A stretch of DNA of 20,000 bases, from NCBI GenBank assembly GCA_964589775.1, contig CAZPUN010000013.1:50057-70056 (forward strand), given 5' to 3'. Within the stretch, counting starts at the first letter, position 1, and every line of letters starts with the position of its first letter. The notes under the pieces were generated by a model that saw only the letters and a list, made by a program, of their open reading frames with translations, made no database searches and had not been told where the DNA came from. Below are positions 1-8,137 of this stretch, piece by piece. This stretch comes from an uncultured archaeon. GTDB lineage: Archaea; Asgardarchaeota; Thorarchaeia; Thorarchaeales; CAZPUN01. Position numbers and translations under genes: made by a program.

Positions 1-69
1 TGGTCTAGTGGCTATGATTTCGCGCTTACACCGCGAAGATCGCTGGTTCGAATCCGGCTCGGCCCACCA
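1..69 (+). tRNA. tRNA-Val (anticodon TAC), 5' end truncated by window edge
   Basis: Anticodon arm TCGCG-CTTACAC-CGCGA, T arm GCTGG-TTCGAAT-CCGGC, acceptor 3' strand TCGGCCC-A, encoded CCA at 67-69. No intron in the visible part. Confidence 0.93.
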
Positions 70-88
70 TTCTTATCTTTAACTTAGC

Positions 89-260
89 GCTGGGGTATCC
101 AAGCCCGGTATGGAGCCAGCCTGCTAAGTTGGTGACCCTTGTGGTCTCGAGGGTTCGAAAGTGTATATACACCGATAATCTCGTGAGAGGCGAAGTAGCC
201 CATGAGTACGGTGTACCGGTTGAAAGTGTATATGCACCGAAAATCCCTCCCCCAGCGCCA
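89..260 (+). tRNA. tRNA-Ser (anticodon GCT) with a predicted 84-nt intron in the T-loop (about 160-243)
   Basis: Acceptor GCTGGGG/CCCCAGC, discriminator G, encoded CCA. Anticodon arm CCAGC-CTGCTAA-GTTGG, long variable arm GACC..GGTC, T stem GAGGG/CCCTC. T-loop TTCGAA is interrupted and T244 completes TTCGAAT. BHB: TTCG/CGAA central helix with AAA and AAT bulges. Confidence 0.88.
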
Positions 261-352
261 TAAAATGTTCGAAAACGTAGAATTCATAACTGTTTGTGTC
301 GTATTATATATTATATAAAAAAATTTCTTCTACTGAAGGTGAAAGGTACTAT

Positions 353-883
353 ATGTATGACGCAATGAGAATTAATAGTGATTTATTCAAAACTGTATTG
401 GAAGAATTAGGCGGAAAAGAAGCAGTTGAAATTGCATCTGTATTAATTAATGTTCCAGAAACTACTGATGAGGGTATTGCTACAAAAACCGGTTTAAGAT
501 TAAATGTAGTACGTAAAGTGCTATATAAATTACATTCAAATAGCTTGGCTTCCTATCGTCGAATTCGAGATCAATCTACTGGATGGTTTATTTACTTTTG
601 GAAATTAAACCCCGATAGAGCGCAATACTTGATTAATAAAAAGAAAAAAACAGTTCTGAATTTATTGGAACAAAGATTAGAATATGAAAAAAACAATGTA
701 TTTTATGTCTGTAAAAATAATGATACTCCATTATTAACATTTGATGAAGCAATGGAATATTCATTCAAATGTCCACATTGCGATATGCCTCTGATATACT
801 TTGAAAACAAAGCTGCTATTGAATTTCTAGAAAAAAGAATTGACGAGCTCAAGCGAGATCTATCAAGATATAATAACCTATAA
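353..883 (+). CDS. tfe: Transcription initiation factor E subunit alpha (TFE-alpha, TFIIE-alpha homologue)
   Basis: ORF 296..883. Winged-helix N-terminus (LEELGGKEAVEIASVLINVPETTDEGIATKTGLRLNVVRKVLYKL) and C-terminal zinc ribbon (FYVCKN..FKCPHCDMPL). ATG at 353 preceded by GGTG/AGGTA is a more likely start than GTG 296. Confidence 0.88.
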   Translation: MYDAMRINSDLFKTVLEELGGKEAVEIASVLINVPETTDEGIATKTGLRLNVVRKVLYKLHSNSLASYRRIRDQSTGWFIYFWKLNPDRAQYLINKKKKTVLNLLEQRLEYEKNNVFYVCKNNDTPLLTFDEAMEYSFKCPHCDMPLIYFENKAAIEFLEKRIDELKRDLSRYNNL

Positions 884-926
884 AAATATTCTATACTTTC
901 CGATAATAAAAAAGGAATGAGGCATA

Positions 927-1682
927 TTGTCATCAATTATTTTAGCTCGTAGGCTATATGGTCCTTTTTTAAAAAAGGCCTATAATTATTTCAAACGAGA
1001 ACTTAGTGAGATTTTTTCTGAATTGGATCTTAAATTTGTTTGTAATTTACTTGACGATGGTCGTTTAAAAATTAAATTAGAGGGTATTGATAGCGAATTT
1101 GCATCAAATCTATTGAAACAAAAGTATGGCGAGTGTATTTCTGTATCACAACTAAAAATTGGAACAAAATTCATAGGAAATCTAATTGATGTTGGAAAAC
1201 ATGGATTTGGTCTCTATGTTCGACCGTGTTACTGTAGTGAGTTTTATAAAGACGCGCTATTACCTTTGTATTTAATAAAAAAACAATTATCTAATGAATC
1301 CTTACGCAAGCTTGTTTTTAGATATGGTTTTGTCGAGTTTCAAAACATCGAAGTTGAAATTGTGGATTTAGATTATAAATTAGAATCTCCTGATGTTCCA
1401 TACAAAATTTCTGTTAATTTTACAAGGCGTCAATTAGATATATTTAATTCTTGGGTCAATGCAAACCATGATCGTATTATTATTTCAGGTGCATTGCTAT
1501 CTGATGTGCGACGTGCGCTGATTAAAACAGATCATATATCTGATATTTTAAAAATGAAGAGTCCCTGGATATTAGAACATATTCTTGTTGTAAAAAAGTC
1601 ATCAAATGCTACTGGCATTTTATCCTCTATCGGAAAATATCTCTCAAATGTACCTATAGGTATTATTCGTCGTAAGAATTAG
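927..1682 (+). CDS. Conserved archaeal hypothetical protein, DUF2110-like
   Basis: 251-aa intact ORF directly downstream of tfe, ending at the Shine-Dalgarno of the next gene. Family assigned from recalled sequence features only. Confidence 0.6.
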   Translation: MSSIILARRLYGPFLKKAYNYFKRELSEIFSELDLKFVCNLLDDGRLKIKLEGIDSEFASNLLKQKYGECISVSQLKIGTKFIGNLIDVGKHGFGLYVRPCYCSEFYKDALLPLYLIKKQLSNESLRKLVFRYGFVEFQNIEVEIVDLDYKLESPDVPYKISVNFTRRQLDIFNSWVNANHDRIIISGALLSDVRRALIKTDHISDILKMKSPWILEHILVVKKSSNATGILSSIGKYLSNVPIGIIRRKN

Positions 1683-1694
1683 GAGGAATTTATT

Positions 1695-2357
1695 CTGAGA
1701 CTCGACGAATATATTCGATTTTTAGGAATAGTGGAGTCTAGAAATAGATCTCAAAATTTAATTCAAAATGGTATGGTCTTTGTTAATGGAAAAATGGTAA
1801 AGAAGCGGTCCTATGTTGTCAATGATAGTGATTTTTTGCTTGTTTTATTAAATGATGACTATCGCTATCCATTGGGTTATTCAAAAATAAAGAGATTGTT
1901 AAAATATATAAATATACAAATTTCCAAAAAAGCAAAAATATTGGATGTAGGTTCAAGCCATGGAGGATTTATTGAATATTTCTCTCAATATACACATAAT
2001 ATAACTGCTATAGAAATTGATAAAGAAAAGGTTAATTATTTAAAATCAAAATATAATTTTTTGGAAATAATTTGTGCCGATGCTTTTAAAATTCCGTATA
2101 ATAAATTTAAGAAAAATTCATTTGATATTATTTCTATTGATGTTACTACTGAACCTGAGGGCACTTTAAACTTGATTAAAAAATTTCTTTTATTCTTAAA
2201 AGGTGAAGGCATTCTTATTGCTGCATTTAAGTGTAATTGTTCTTTTATTGAAAATGAATTGAATAATATAAAATATTTTGGGGGTGTTGTAAAAAAGGTC
2301 ATTCAGCTAGATGAAAAAAAGCGTGAATGCCACGTATTTATTTCCCGCGACGTTTGA
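1695..2357 (+). CDS. S4 RNA-binding domain + FtsJ/TlyA-like SAM-dependent rRNA methyltransferase
   Basis: Extending the track ORF (1731) upstream in frame gives RLDEYIRFLGIVESRNRSQNLIQNGMVFVNGKMVKK, a typical S4 domain, followed by ILDVGSSHGGFIEYF (SAM motif). No ATG/GTG/TTG before 1731. CTG 1695 follows AGGAGG at normal spacing. Confidence 0.72.
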   Translation: MRLDEYIRFLGIVESRNRSQNLIQNGMVFVNGKMVKKRSYVVNDSDFLLVLLNDDYRYPLGYSKIKRLLKYINIQISKKAKILDVGSSHGGFIEYFSQYTHNITAIEIDKEKVNYLKSKYNFLEIICADAFKIPYNKFKKNSFDIISIDVTTEPEGTLNLIKKFLLFLKGEGILIAAFKCNCSFIENELNNIKYFGGVVKKVIQLDEKKRECHVFISRDV

Positions 2358-2853
2358 TCTTTACAACATCCCCTAGTGTTAATTCTTCATCTTTTTTATC
2401 AAGTTTTATAGGAATGTCAGGTATTTCTATTCGTAAGCTTATTCCTAAGACTCTCTCTAATTTTTTAATTGTTTTATTTTCTGGGACTATCCGTTTAGTC
2501 TCGATTGCTTGTAAAACTGATAGTCGTTCTCCAATTTGTCTCGCGAGTTCTTGTTGTGAAAGTCCCAATTTTTGGCGTCTCTCTTTAATTACTACATTGT
2601 AGTCCTCAATAATTTCATAATCTTCGTCCAATTGTCTTGATTTTTTATGCGTTCTAATTTTTGGCTTTGGAATGTAGACTTGTTTTCTTATTCTTTTTGA
2701 ACTGTGTTTCTTTTGTTCTATAGGCTCAGATTTAATTTCCTCACCTAATTTTGCGCACGTAGAACAAACAGTCATTGTGGCTCCTTCAATTCTAATGGTA
2801 ATTGGTTTGCCCTTTATAGGGCGCCCACAAATCTCACAAAGCAATTTGGTCAC
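2338..2853 (-). CDS. Archaeal multiprotein bridging factor 1 (aMBF1), zinc ribbon + HTH
   Basis: CEICGR..VCSTCAKLG zinc ribbon, then HTH VVIKERRQKLGLSQQELARQIGERLSVLQAIE. Start may be TTG at 2844 (GGTG-N6-TTG) rather than GTG 2853. Confidence 0.88.
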   Translation of the reverse strand: MTKLLCEICGRPIKGKPITIRIEGATMTVCSTCAKLGEEIKSEPIEQKKHSSKRIRKQVYIPKPKIRTHKKSRQLDEDYEIIEDYNVVIKERRQKLGLSQQELARQIGERLSVLQAIETKRIVPENKTIKKLERVLGISLRIEIPDIPIKLDKKDEELTLGDVVKIKRRGK

Positions 2854-2959
2854 CTTTTATATAATATAAAAAGCATTAACACAAATAACCGTTACAATTT
2901 TATTTATAGCATTTTTTATATTAAAAGTAACAAATATAAACATATAAAATAAAGAATTA

Positions 2960-4174
2960 ATGGGTATGACAATGACGGGATCAGTAACTGACAAAGATAA
3001 CAAACGAATTAATGATGCATATTTATCTAGTTATGCACAACATCTTGAAAGAAAATTAAGAGCTCTTGAAACTGAAAAGCAAATCTTGCATGCTGAAAGA
3101 GCAAGACTTCAACAAGAGCTTCATTCATTACGAGTTGAATTAGAAAAAATGCGGCATCCTCCGCTTGTTGCTGCTACTATTGTTGATGTATTACCTGATG
3201 GGCGAGCTATTGTTCGTAGTACTACTGGGCCCTCGTTCGTTGTATATGTTGCATCATCAATACCACAAAAGTATTTACAACCGGGAAGTCATGTTGCATT
3301 AAATCAGAGAACTTTTGCGATAGTTGAAGGTCTTCCTGTAAATCGAGAACCATTTATTAAAAATATGGAAATTGAAGAGGTTCCGAATGTTACATATGAT
3401 GATATTGGTGGATTACATGAACAAATCCGTGAAATTAGAGAGACTGTTGAACTTCCACTATTAAAACCCGAATTATTTGAAAAAGTTGGAATTGAACCAC
3501 CAAAAGGCATATTACTTACTGGGCCTCCCGGGACTGGAAAAACATTGTGTGCAAAGGCTGTTGCACATGAAACAAAAGCAACATTCATTAAAGTAATTGC
3601 ATCCGAATTCGTTCAGAAGTTTATTGGTGAAGGTGCGCGTATTGTTCGTGAAATTTTTGACTTAGCACGTGAAAAAGCCCCTACAATTATGTTTATCGAC
3701 GAGTTGGATGCTGTTGGAAGTCGCCGCTTAGATATTGCAACTAGTGGAGATCGTGAAGTACAACGGACTCTTATGCAGCTTCTAAGTGAGATGGATGGTT
3801 TTGAATCTCGTGGGAATGTCAGAATTATTGCAGCTACAAATCGACCTGATATTTTAGATCCTGCACTGTTAAGACCCGGACGCTTTGATAGAATCATTGA
3901 ATTTACTCTACCTAATCTAGATGGGCGTATTGAAATATTCAAAATCCACACAAGAAATATGAATATAGATAAAGATATTGATTTCATAAAATTAGGCGAA
4001 TTAAGCGAACATGCAACCGGTGCAGATATTAAGGCTATTACGACTGAAGCCGGCATGTATGCCATACGCGCAGGTCGAACAAAAGTAACAATGGATGATT
4101 TTATCAACGCAATTGAAAAAGTTTTACATAAAACAAGTAGATCATTCAAAGCTCCTGTTGATATTTACGCCTAA
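2960..4174 (+). CDS. pan: Proteasome-activating nucleotidase (PAN), AAA+ ATPase
   Basis: N-terminal coiled coil, Walker A GPPGTGKT, Walker [27 protein letters not shown]-terminal ...DIYA fitting an HbYX motif. Confidence 0.95.
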   Translation: MGMTMTGSVTDKDNKRINDAYLSSYAQHLERKLRALETEKQILHAERARLQQELHSLRVELEKMRHPPLVAATIVDVLPDGRAIVRSTTGPSFVVYVASSIPQKYLQPGSHVALNQRTFAIVEGLPVNREPFIKNMEIEEVPNVTYDDIGGLHEQIREIRETVELPLLKPELFEKVGIEPPKGILLTGPPGTGKTLCAKAVAHETKATFIKVIASEFVQKFIGEGARIVREIFDLAREKAPTIMFIDELDAVGSRRLDIATSGDREVQRTLMQLLSEMDGFESRGNVRIIAATNRPDILDPALLRPGRFDRIIEFTLPNLDGRIEIFKIHTRNMNIDKDIDFIKLGELSEHATGADIKAITTEAGMYAIRAGRTKVTMDDFINAIEKVLHKTSRSFKAPVDIYA

Positions 4175-4289
4175 TTTTTCCTTTTTTTACTTAACAATTT
4201 TTTATATTCTGATGTATTTTTTTAATATGTACATATTATTTTTATCTGATAACGTAATTCTATTAAGATTATAAATCTCAATTTTATTT

Positions 4290-4501
4290 GCGATGACGAG
4301 ATATTCCCACTATCGAGGGCGCGTTGAGAAATATCGATGATACGCTGCGCAATATGTGGGAAACATCTGAGCAAGCGCCGGAACTACAGAAACACCAGAA
4401 TTCCTGGCACGAGAGAGCTCAGCAGAGGTGGACGGAATGTCCTGACTGTGAAGCTGAGTGTTAGTGCGTTAGGATACAGGTGTTCCTGTACCGGCGCTTT
4501 T
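4290..4501 (+). ncRNA. Candidate structured non-coding RNA (family unidentified)
   Basis: GC-rich block in an AT-rich intergenic region with no ORF. TTATAAAT at 4269-4276, TTCCCAC(4304-4310)/GTGGGAA(4356-4362), long rod AGCGCCGG(4374-4381)+TACAG(4385-4389)+AACACC(4391-4396) paired to GGTGTT(4479-4484)+CTGTA(4486-4490)+CCGGCGCT(4491-4498), then TTTT. Confidence 0.55.
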
Positions 4502-4506
4502 AGATT

Positions 4507-5172
4507 TTAAATCTCAATTGTATCTCCAGGATTTAGAATGTGTGCTTTTGTATTTGGCGATTCTTTTTCGACGTATTTCATAAATTCATTAGGATCTTTC
4601 TCTATTACCGGAAATGTGTTATAATGCATAGGTATTACATGTTTAACTCCTAATAGTTTAGTAGCAATAGCTGCTTCCTTAGGTCCCATTGTGAATGTCG
4701 AACCAATCGGTAATAGTGCAATATCTGGTTTATAAACATCGCCTAATAATTTCATATCACCAAATAATCCAGTATCACCGGGATGATAAATTGTATGACT
4801 TGCAAATTTCACAATGAAGCCGATAGGTGCCCCGATTGATGAAGAATGGAATGCTCGGGTCATAATTATTTCGGTATTTCCTAATTTATATGTACCACCA
4901 ATATTCATCCCTAATGTATTTTTCACTCCTTTTTCAGAAGCAACATTTGCTAATTCGAAGATACTCACAAAGGTTGCATTGGTTTTTTTAGCAATTTCTA
5001 TGCCTTCATCTAGTCCATGGTCTCCATGATCATGAGAGACAAAAACAAAATCACATTTATTTATGTCATCAATTTTCATTTTTGAAGTTGGAGCTGATAA
5101 CCATGGATCAAAGAAAGCAATTACATCATCCTCAATTTTAAAACCTGCATGTCCTATGTATGTTATTTTCAT
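4507..5172 (-). CDS. UPF0173-type metal-dependent hydrolase (metallo-beta-lactamase fold)
   Basis: MKITYIGHAGFKIED..FVSHDHGDHGLDEG..YHPGDTGLFGDMKLLG..IPMHYNTFP. ATG at 5172 preceded by GAGGTG-N6. The upstream extension in the ORF track is probably not translated. Confidence 0.88.
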   Translation of the reverse strand: MKITYIGHAGFKIEDDVIAFFDPWLSAPTSKMKIDDINKCDFVFVSHDHGDHGLDEGIEIAKKTNATFVSIFELANVASEKGVKNTLGMNIGGTYKLGNTEIIMTRAFHSSSIGAPIGFIVKFASHTIYHPGDTGLFGDMKLLGDVYKPDIALLPIGSTFTMGPKEAAIATKLLGVKHVIPMHYNTFPVIEKDPNEFMKYVEKESPNTKAHILNPGDTIEI

Positions 5173-5240
5173 AATAACCACCTCATCCAAATCTTTAATT
5201 GTATTTATGCATTTTAATTCATCGATTATATTATAGGAGG

Positions 5241-6143
5241 TTGAACACCTCGAACGATGAAATATTAGAAAAATATTTGTTAGCTGGAAAAATTGCTGCA
5301 AATGCACGAGAAAAAGCTGCAGCATTAGTAAAGCCTGGTGCTATGGTACTTGAAATCTGTGAATTTGCAGAGAATTATATTCTTCAATCTGGTGCAAAGC
5401 TTGCATTTCCGTGTAATATTTCCATTAATGAGATTGCTGCACATTATACACCTTTTGTTAATGATTTAACGAAAATACCAAAAAAAGGGCTTGTAAAAAT
5501 TGATGTTGGGGCTCACATTGATGGATATATTGCAGATACAGCAAAAACTGTCGATATTGATGGTAGCTATCAAAAATTAACCGAGGCTTCGCTACATGCA
5601 TTAACTATGGCAATTGAGCACATGCGACCTGATGAATCTCTTTCCAACATTGGAAAAATTATCATGAATTCTATAAATTCATATGGATTTAAGCCGATTC
5701 GCAATTTAACTGGTCATCTACTTCAAAGATATATTTTACATGCCGGTAAAAGCGTTCCAAACGTTCCTATGAGTGGATTACCCAAAATAAAAGTTGATGA
5801 AGTTTATGCGATTGAACCATTTGCGACTGATGGTGCTGGATCTATTTTTCAAATTCGCCATGGTCAAATTTTTAGTTGTGTAAAAAAACCAACATTCTTT
5901 GCGACAAAATCAAAGCGTGAACTCTGGAAGATACTAAAATCTAAATTTGGCACTCTACCGTTTGCAGCACGATGGCTTAAAGATACATGGAAAGAACCTG
6001 ATGAACGATTGCATAAACTAGCAAAATCACATCTTCTTTATGAATATCCTCCACTTATTGAATACAAACGTGGTATGGTTTCTCAATGGGAACACACAGT
6101 AATTGTAACATCAGAAGGTCCAATTATAACTACAAAAATATAA
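5241..6143 (+). CDS. map: Type II methionine aminopeptidase
   Basis: LVKIDVGAHIDGYIADTAKTVDI, LTGHLLQRYILHAGKSVP, YAIEPFATDG, SQWEHTVIVTSEGP. Start uncertain (TTG 5241 or upstream). Confidence 0.9.
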   Translation: MNTSNDEILEKYLLAGKIAANAREKAAALVKPGAMVLEICEFAENYILQSGAKLAFPCNISINEIAAHYTPFVNDLTKIPKKGLVKIDVGAHIDGYIADTAKTVDIDGSYQKLTEASLHALTMAIEHMRPDESLSNIGKIIMNSINSYGFKPIRNLTGHLLQRYILHAGKSVPNVPMSGLPKIKVDEVYAIEPFATDGAGSIFQIRHGQIFSCVKKPTFFATKSKRELWKILKSKFGTLPFAARWLKDTWKEPDERLHKLAKSHLLYEYPPLIEYKRGMVSQWEHTVIVTSEGPIITTKI

Positions 6144-6153
6144 AAAAAAAGGA

Positions 6154-6516
6154 TTATAATTCGGGATTCTTTTCTTCCTCTTTTTCTACAAATATTCCCT
6201 TTATTACTAATTCGGAATTACATTTTGGGCAATTTCCGACGACTTTAAAGATGTAATCATCATCTTTGAAGTTTCTTATTTCCTTAAATCCGCAAGATTT
6301 GCATATTATAAGTGTATGTGTTTCAGGTTCAGGTTCTTCCGTAGTCCTCTTTGTTCCTGTTGATAATAATGTAAATGCTGTGGAAATTAGTAATAAAGCT
6401 ATAAAGAAATTCAAATAATCATCTTGGGGATTTCCAAAAAACAAAAAATAACTTCCCAATGACATCAAAATGAATGCAATAATGGTTGTTATTAGTGATT
6501 TTATGTTGACTTTCAT
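6154..6516 (-). CDS. Small membrane protein with C-terminal zinc ribbon, function unknown
   Basis: Two hydrophobic segments (TTIIAFILMSLGSYFLFF; FFIALLLISTAFTLL) and CKSCG..CPKC. Start taken at the internal ATG 6516. Confidence 0.6.
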   Translation of the reverse strand: MKVNIKSLITTIIAFILMSLGSYFLFFGNPQDDYLNFFIALLLISTAFTLLSTGTKRTTEEPEPETHTLIICKSCGFKEIRNFKDDDYIFKVVGNCPKCNSELVIKGIFVEKEEEKNPEL

Positions 6517-6517
6517 T

Positions 6518-7633
6518 TTATATACCAACTCCAATTGTATTTCCAATTCCAGCTAAGATTATGTGATCACCTGGTTTTGTTCTTTTCAATATCGCTTCTT
6601 CTATTGTTTTTACAATTTCATCGACAGTGTCCAATATTTGTTTATTCATTGTACCTACTGCTTCTGCTTCTGACTGTTTACATACTATTGCATCGATTGG
6701 TATGTTTCTTTCTGTTGCTGTTTGTTCAATTGCATATTTTTCCGGCCCTGGATCACCAATAGCGGCTCCGACACCCTCTACAATCGTTCCCGTCTTTTCG
6801 CCTTCTAGTTTTAGTGCAGCATCAACAGTTATGATCCGTTTAATTTCATTTTTATGAAGATCTATCATTTTTTTAATAGCAAAACCTGGTTTTCCAACTC
6901 TTCCTCCCGGTCCAGTAGCGCGAATAACATATATTGTTCTTCCTTCAAAATTCACCTGATAATATCCAATTTCTTTTTCAAAGTTGTCATGATATTCAGG
7001 TGCATTATGTTTTTTAGCAAAGGTGGTAACTGATAATGGGCCAATACTATCTCCGATGGGTTTTCCTTTTGAAAATGGATCTATTGCTTTTGCATATGAT
7101 TTCGCTAATCTCATAATGTCTGCTAATTGCATCTGTAATTGCATAATTATTAGAGTACTTCCTGTCTTTTTACCTAAAATCCAATAATGTCTTACAATTC
7201 TAAAAATTAAATTTAATACCATAGCTACTTCGACTGTATTTTCTAAATTGCTCCGTGTAACTTCATTTGCATTTGGTGCAATGTCTTTGATAAATTCTTC
7301 AAATCTTTCTTTTCGTGTCTCAATTAAATGCTCAAGTCTATCTAAAACACCTGCTGGATCTTTATCAACAGGTTCTATTGTAAAGAATTCCAAGAATTTT
7401 TCAAATTTTTCTTTTGGATCTTTTCCTTCTTCAGTATACTTCTTTATGACTTCTAGCGCCTTTTCTTTGCTATTTATCATCATTATTCGTAATTCTATTA
7501 AAGCAGATTCTATTTGTCTTAACCACATATGTAATTGAAATTTTTGACCGTATAGAGAAAATACTATTATAAAGACTAAGAATGCTATGTTTATAATCCA
7601 ACCAAAATCTGATGTATCATTAAGAAATTGCAT
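6518..7633 (-). CDS. DUF1512-like conserved archaeal protein
   Basis: 371-aa ORF with one N-terminal TM and conserved C-terminal region VRATGPGGRVGKPGFAIKK..TVDAALKLEGEKTG..VGAAIGDPGPEKY. Family from recalled similarity. Confidence 0.65.
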   Translation of the reverse strand: MQFLNDTSDFGWIINIAFLVFIIVFSLYGQKFQLHMWLRQIESALIELRIMMINSKEKALEVIKKYTEEGKDPKEKFEKFLEFFTIEPVDKDPAGVLDRLEHLIETRKERFEEFIKDIAPNANEVTRSNLENTVEVAMVLNLIFRIVRHYWILGKKTGSTLIIMQLQMQLADIMRLAKSYAKAIDPFSKGKPIGDSIGPLSVTTFAKKHNAPEYHDNFEKEIGYYQVNFEGRTIYVIRATGPGGRVGKPGFAIKKMIDLHKNEIKRIITVDAALKLEGEKTGTIVEGVGAAIGDPGPEKYAIEQTATERNIPIDAIVCKQSEAEAVGTMNKQILDTVDEIVKTIEEAILKRTKPGDHIILAGIGNTIGVGI

Positions 7634-7711
7634 TTTACCTCACTTGTTCTTCTAATTTACTTGCATAATTTCAATAAATGAAACTTATAAAACTAGTTCT
7701 GATTGCATTCG

Positions 7712-7789
7712 TGGTGGGCTGGGGGAGATTTGAACTCCCGACCTCTTGAGCCCAAGTCAAGAATCATAGCCAAGCTAGACTACCAGCCC
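7712..7789 (-). tRNA. tRNA-Pro (anticodon TGG), no intron
   Basis: Acceptor GGGCTGG/CCAGCCC, anticodon arm CTTGA-CTTGGGC-TCAAG, T arm GGGAG-TTCAAAT-CTCCC, encoded CCA. Confidence 0.93.
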
Positions 7790-7790
7790 A

Positions 7791-7883
7791 TGGAGCCCCG
7801 GGCGGGACTTGAACCCGCGGCCTCCTCCTTACCAAGGAGGCGATTTGGCCCTTTACTTGTCTAACCAACTGAGCTACCGAGGC
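7791..7883 (-). tRNA. tRNA-Thr (anticodon GGT) with a predicted 16-nt intron in the D-arm (about 7845-7860)
   Basis: Acceptor GCCTCGG/CCGGGGC, anticodon arm CCTCC-TTGGTAA-GGAGG, T arm GCGGG-TTCAAGT-CCCGC, encoded CCA. About 16 nt extra between GGTTAG and ATCG; GGTT/GGCC central helix with AGA and AAA bulges. Confidence 0.88.
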
Positions 7884-7935
7884 AACGTGTTCATTCATTT
7901 TTCTTTTGCTTTAAAAATCTTTTTTAAATGGTATA

Positions 7936-8137
7936 TGGTGGGGTCGACGAGATTTGAACTCGTGACCATTACCCCGAATTGCAGCGTATGCAATTCGCAC
8001 AGGTTTCTCAAGGCTTGCCTCTCCAGAAGTTCATCATCTGATCATCAGCAAACCTGTGTTGGCGCACAGCCTTCTGGAGCCTGCCGCGATTCAGGGCTTT
8101 TGGTATGACCAAGCATACCTGACTTCGCCACGACCCC
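7936..8137 (-). tRNA. tRNA-Trp (anticodon CCA) with three predicted introns: D-loop (8090-8115), anticodon loop (8005-8073), variable region (7969-7998)
   Basis: Acceptor GGGGTCG/CGACCCC, D stem GCGA/TCGC, anticodon stem GCAGG/CCTGT, loop CTCCAG|A, variable TGGTC, T arm ACGAG-TTCAAAT-CTCGT, encoded CCA. Removing 26+69+30 nt leaves a normal 77-nt tRNA including CCA. Confidence 0.85.

Noticed and set aside
157-240. Possible CRISPR-like direct repeats
   Set aside because: Only two copies of 19 bp, lying at the BHB junction of the tRNA-Ser T-loop intron; no array or cas genes in the window.
84-287. Track ORF of 67 aa on the minus strand
   Set aside because: Entirely inside and around the intron-containing tRNA-Ser gene; composition follows RNA structure, no RBS or protein features.
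3304-4149. Minus-strand ORFs opposite pan
   Set aside because: Antisense to the conserved AAA+ coding sequence; no independent protein signature.
4290-4501. Assignment as RNase P RNA or SRP RNA
   Set aside because: ACAGAAA is present but no GAGGAAA-type CR-I partner; no SRP helix-8 core (GUCAGG..GGAAGGAAGCAGC). Left as an unidentified structured RNA.
7809-8108. Track ORF of 99 aa on the plus strand
   Set aside because: Antisense to tRNA-Thr(GGT) and tRNA-Trp; open frame is a by-product of the GC-rich tRNA/intron sequence.
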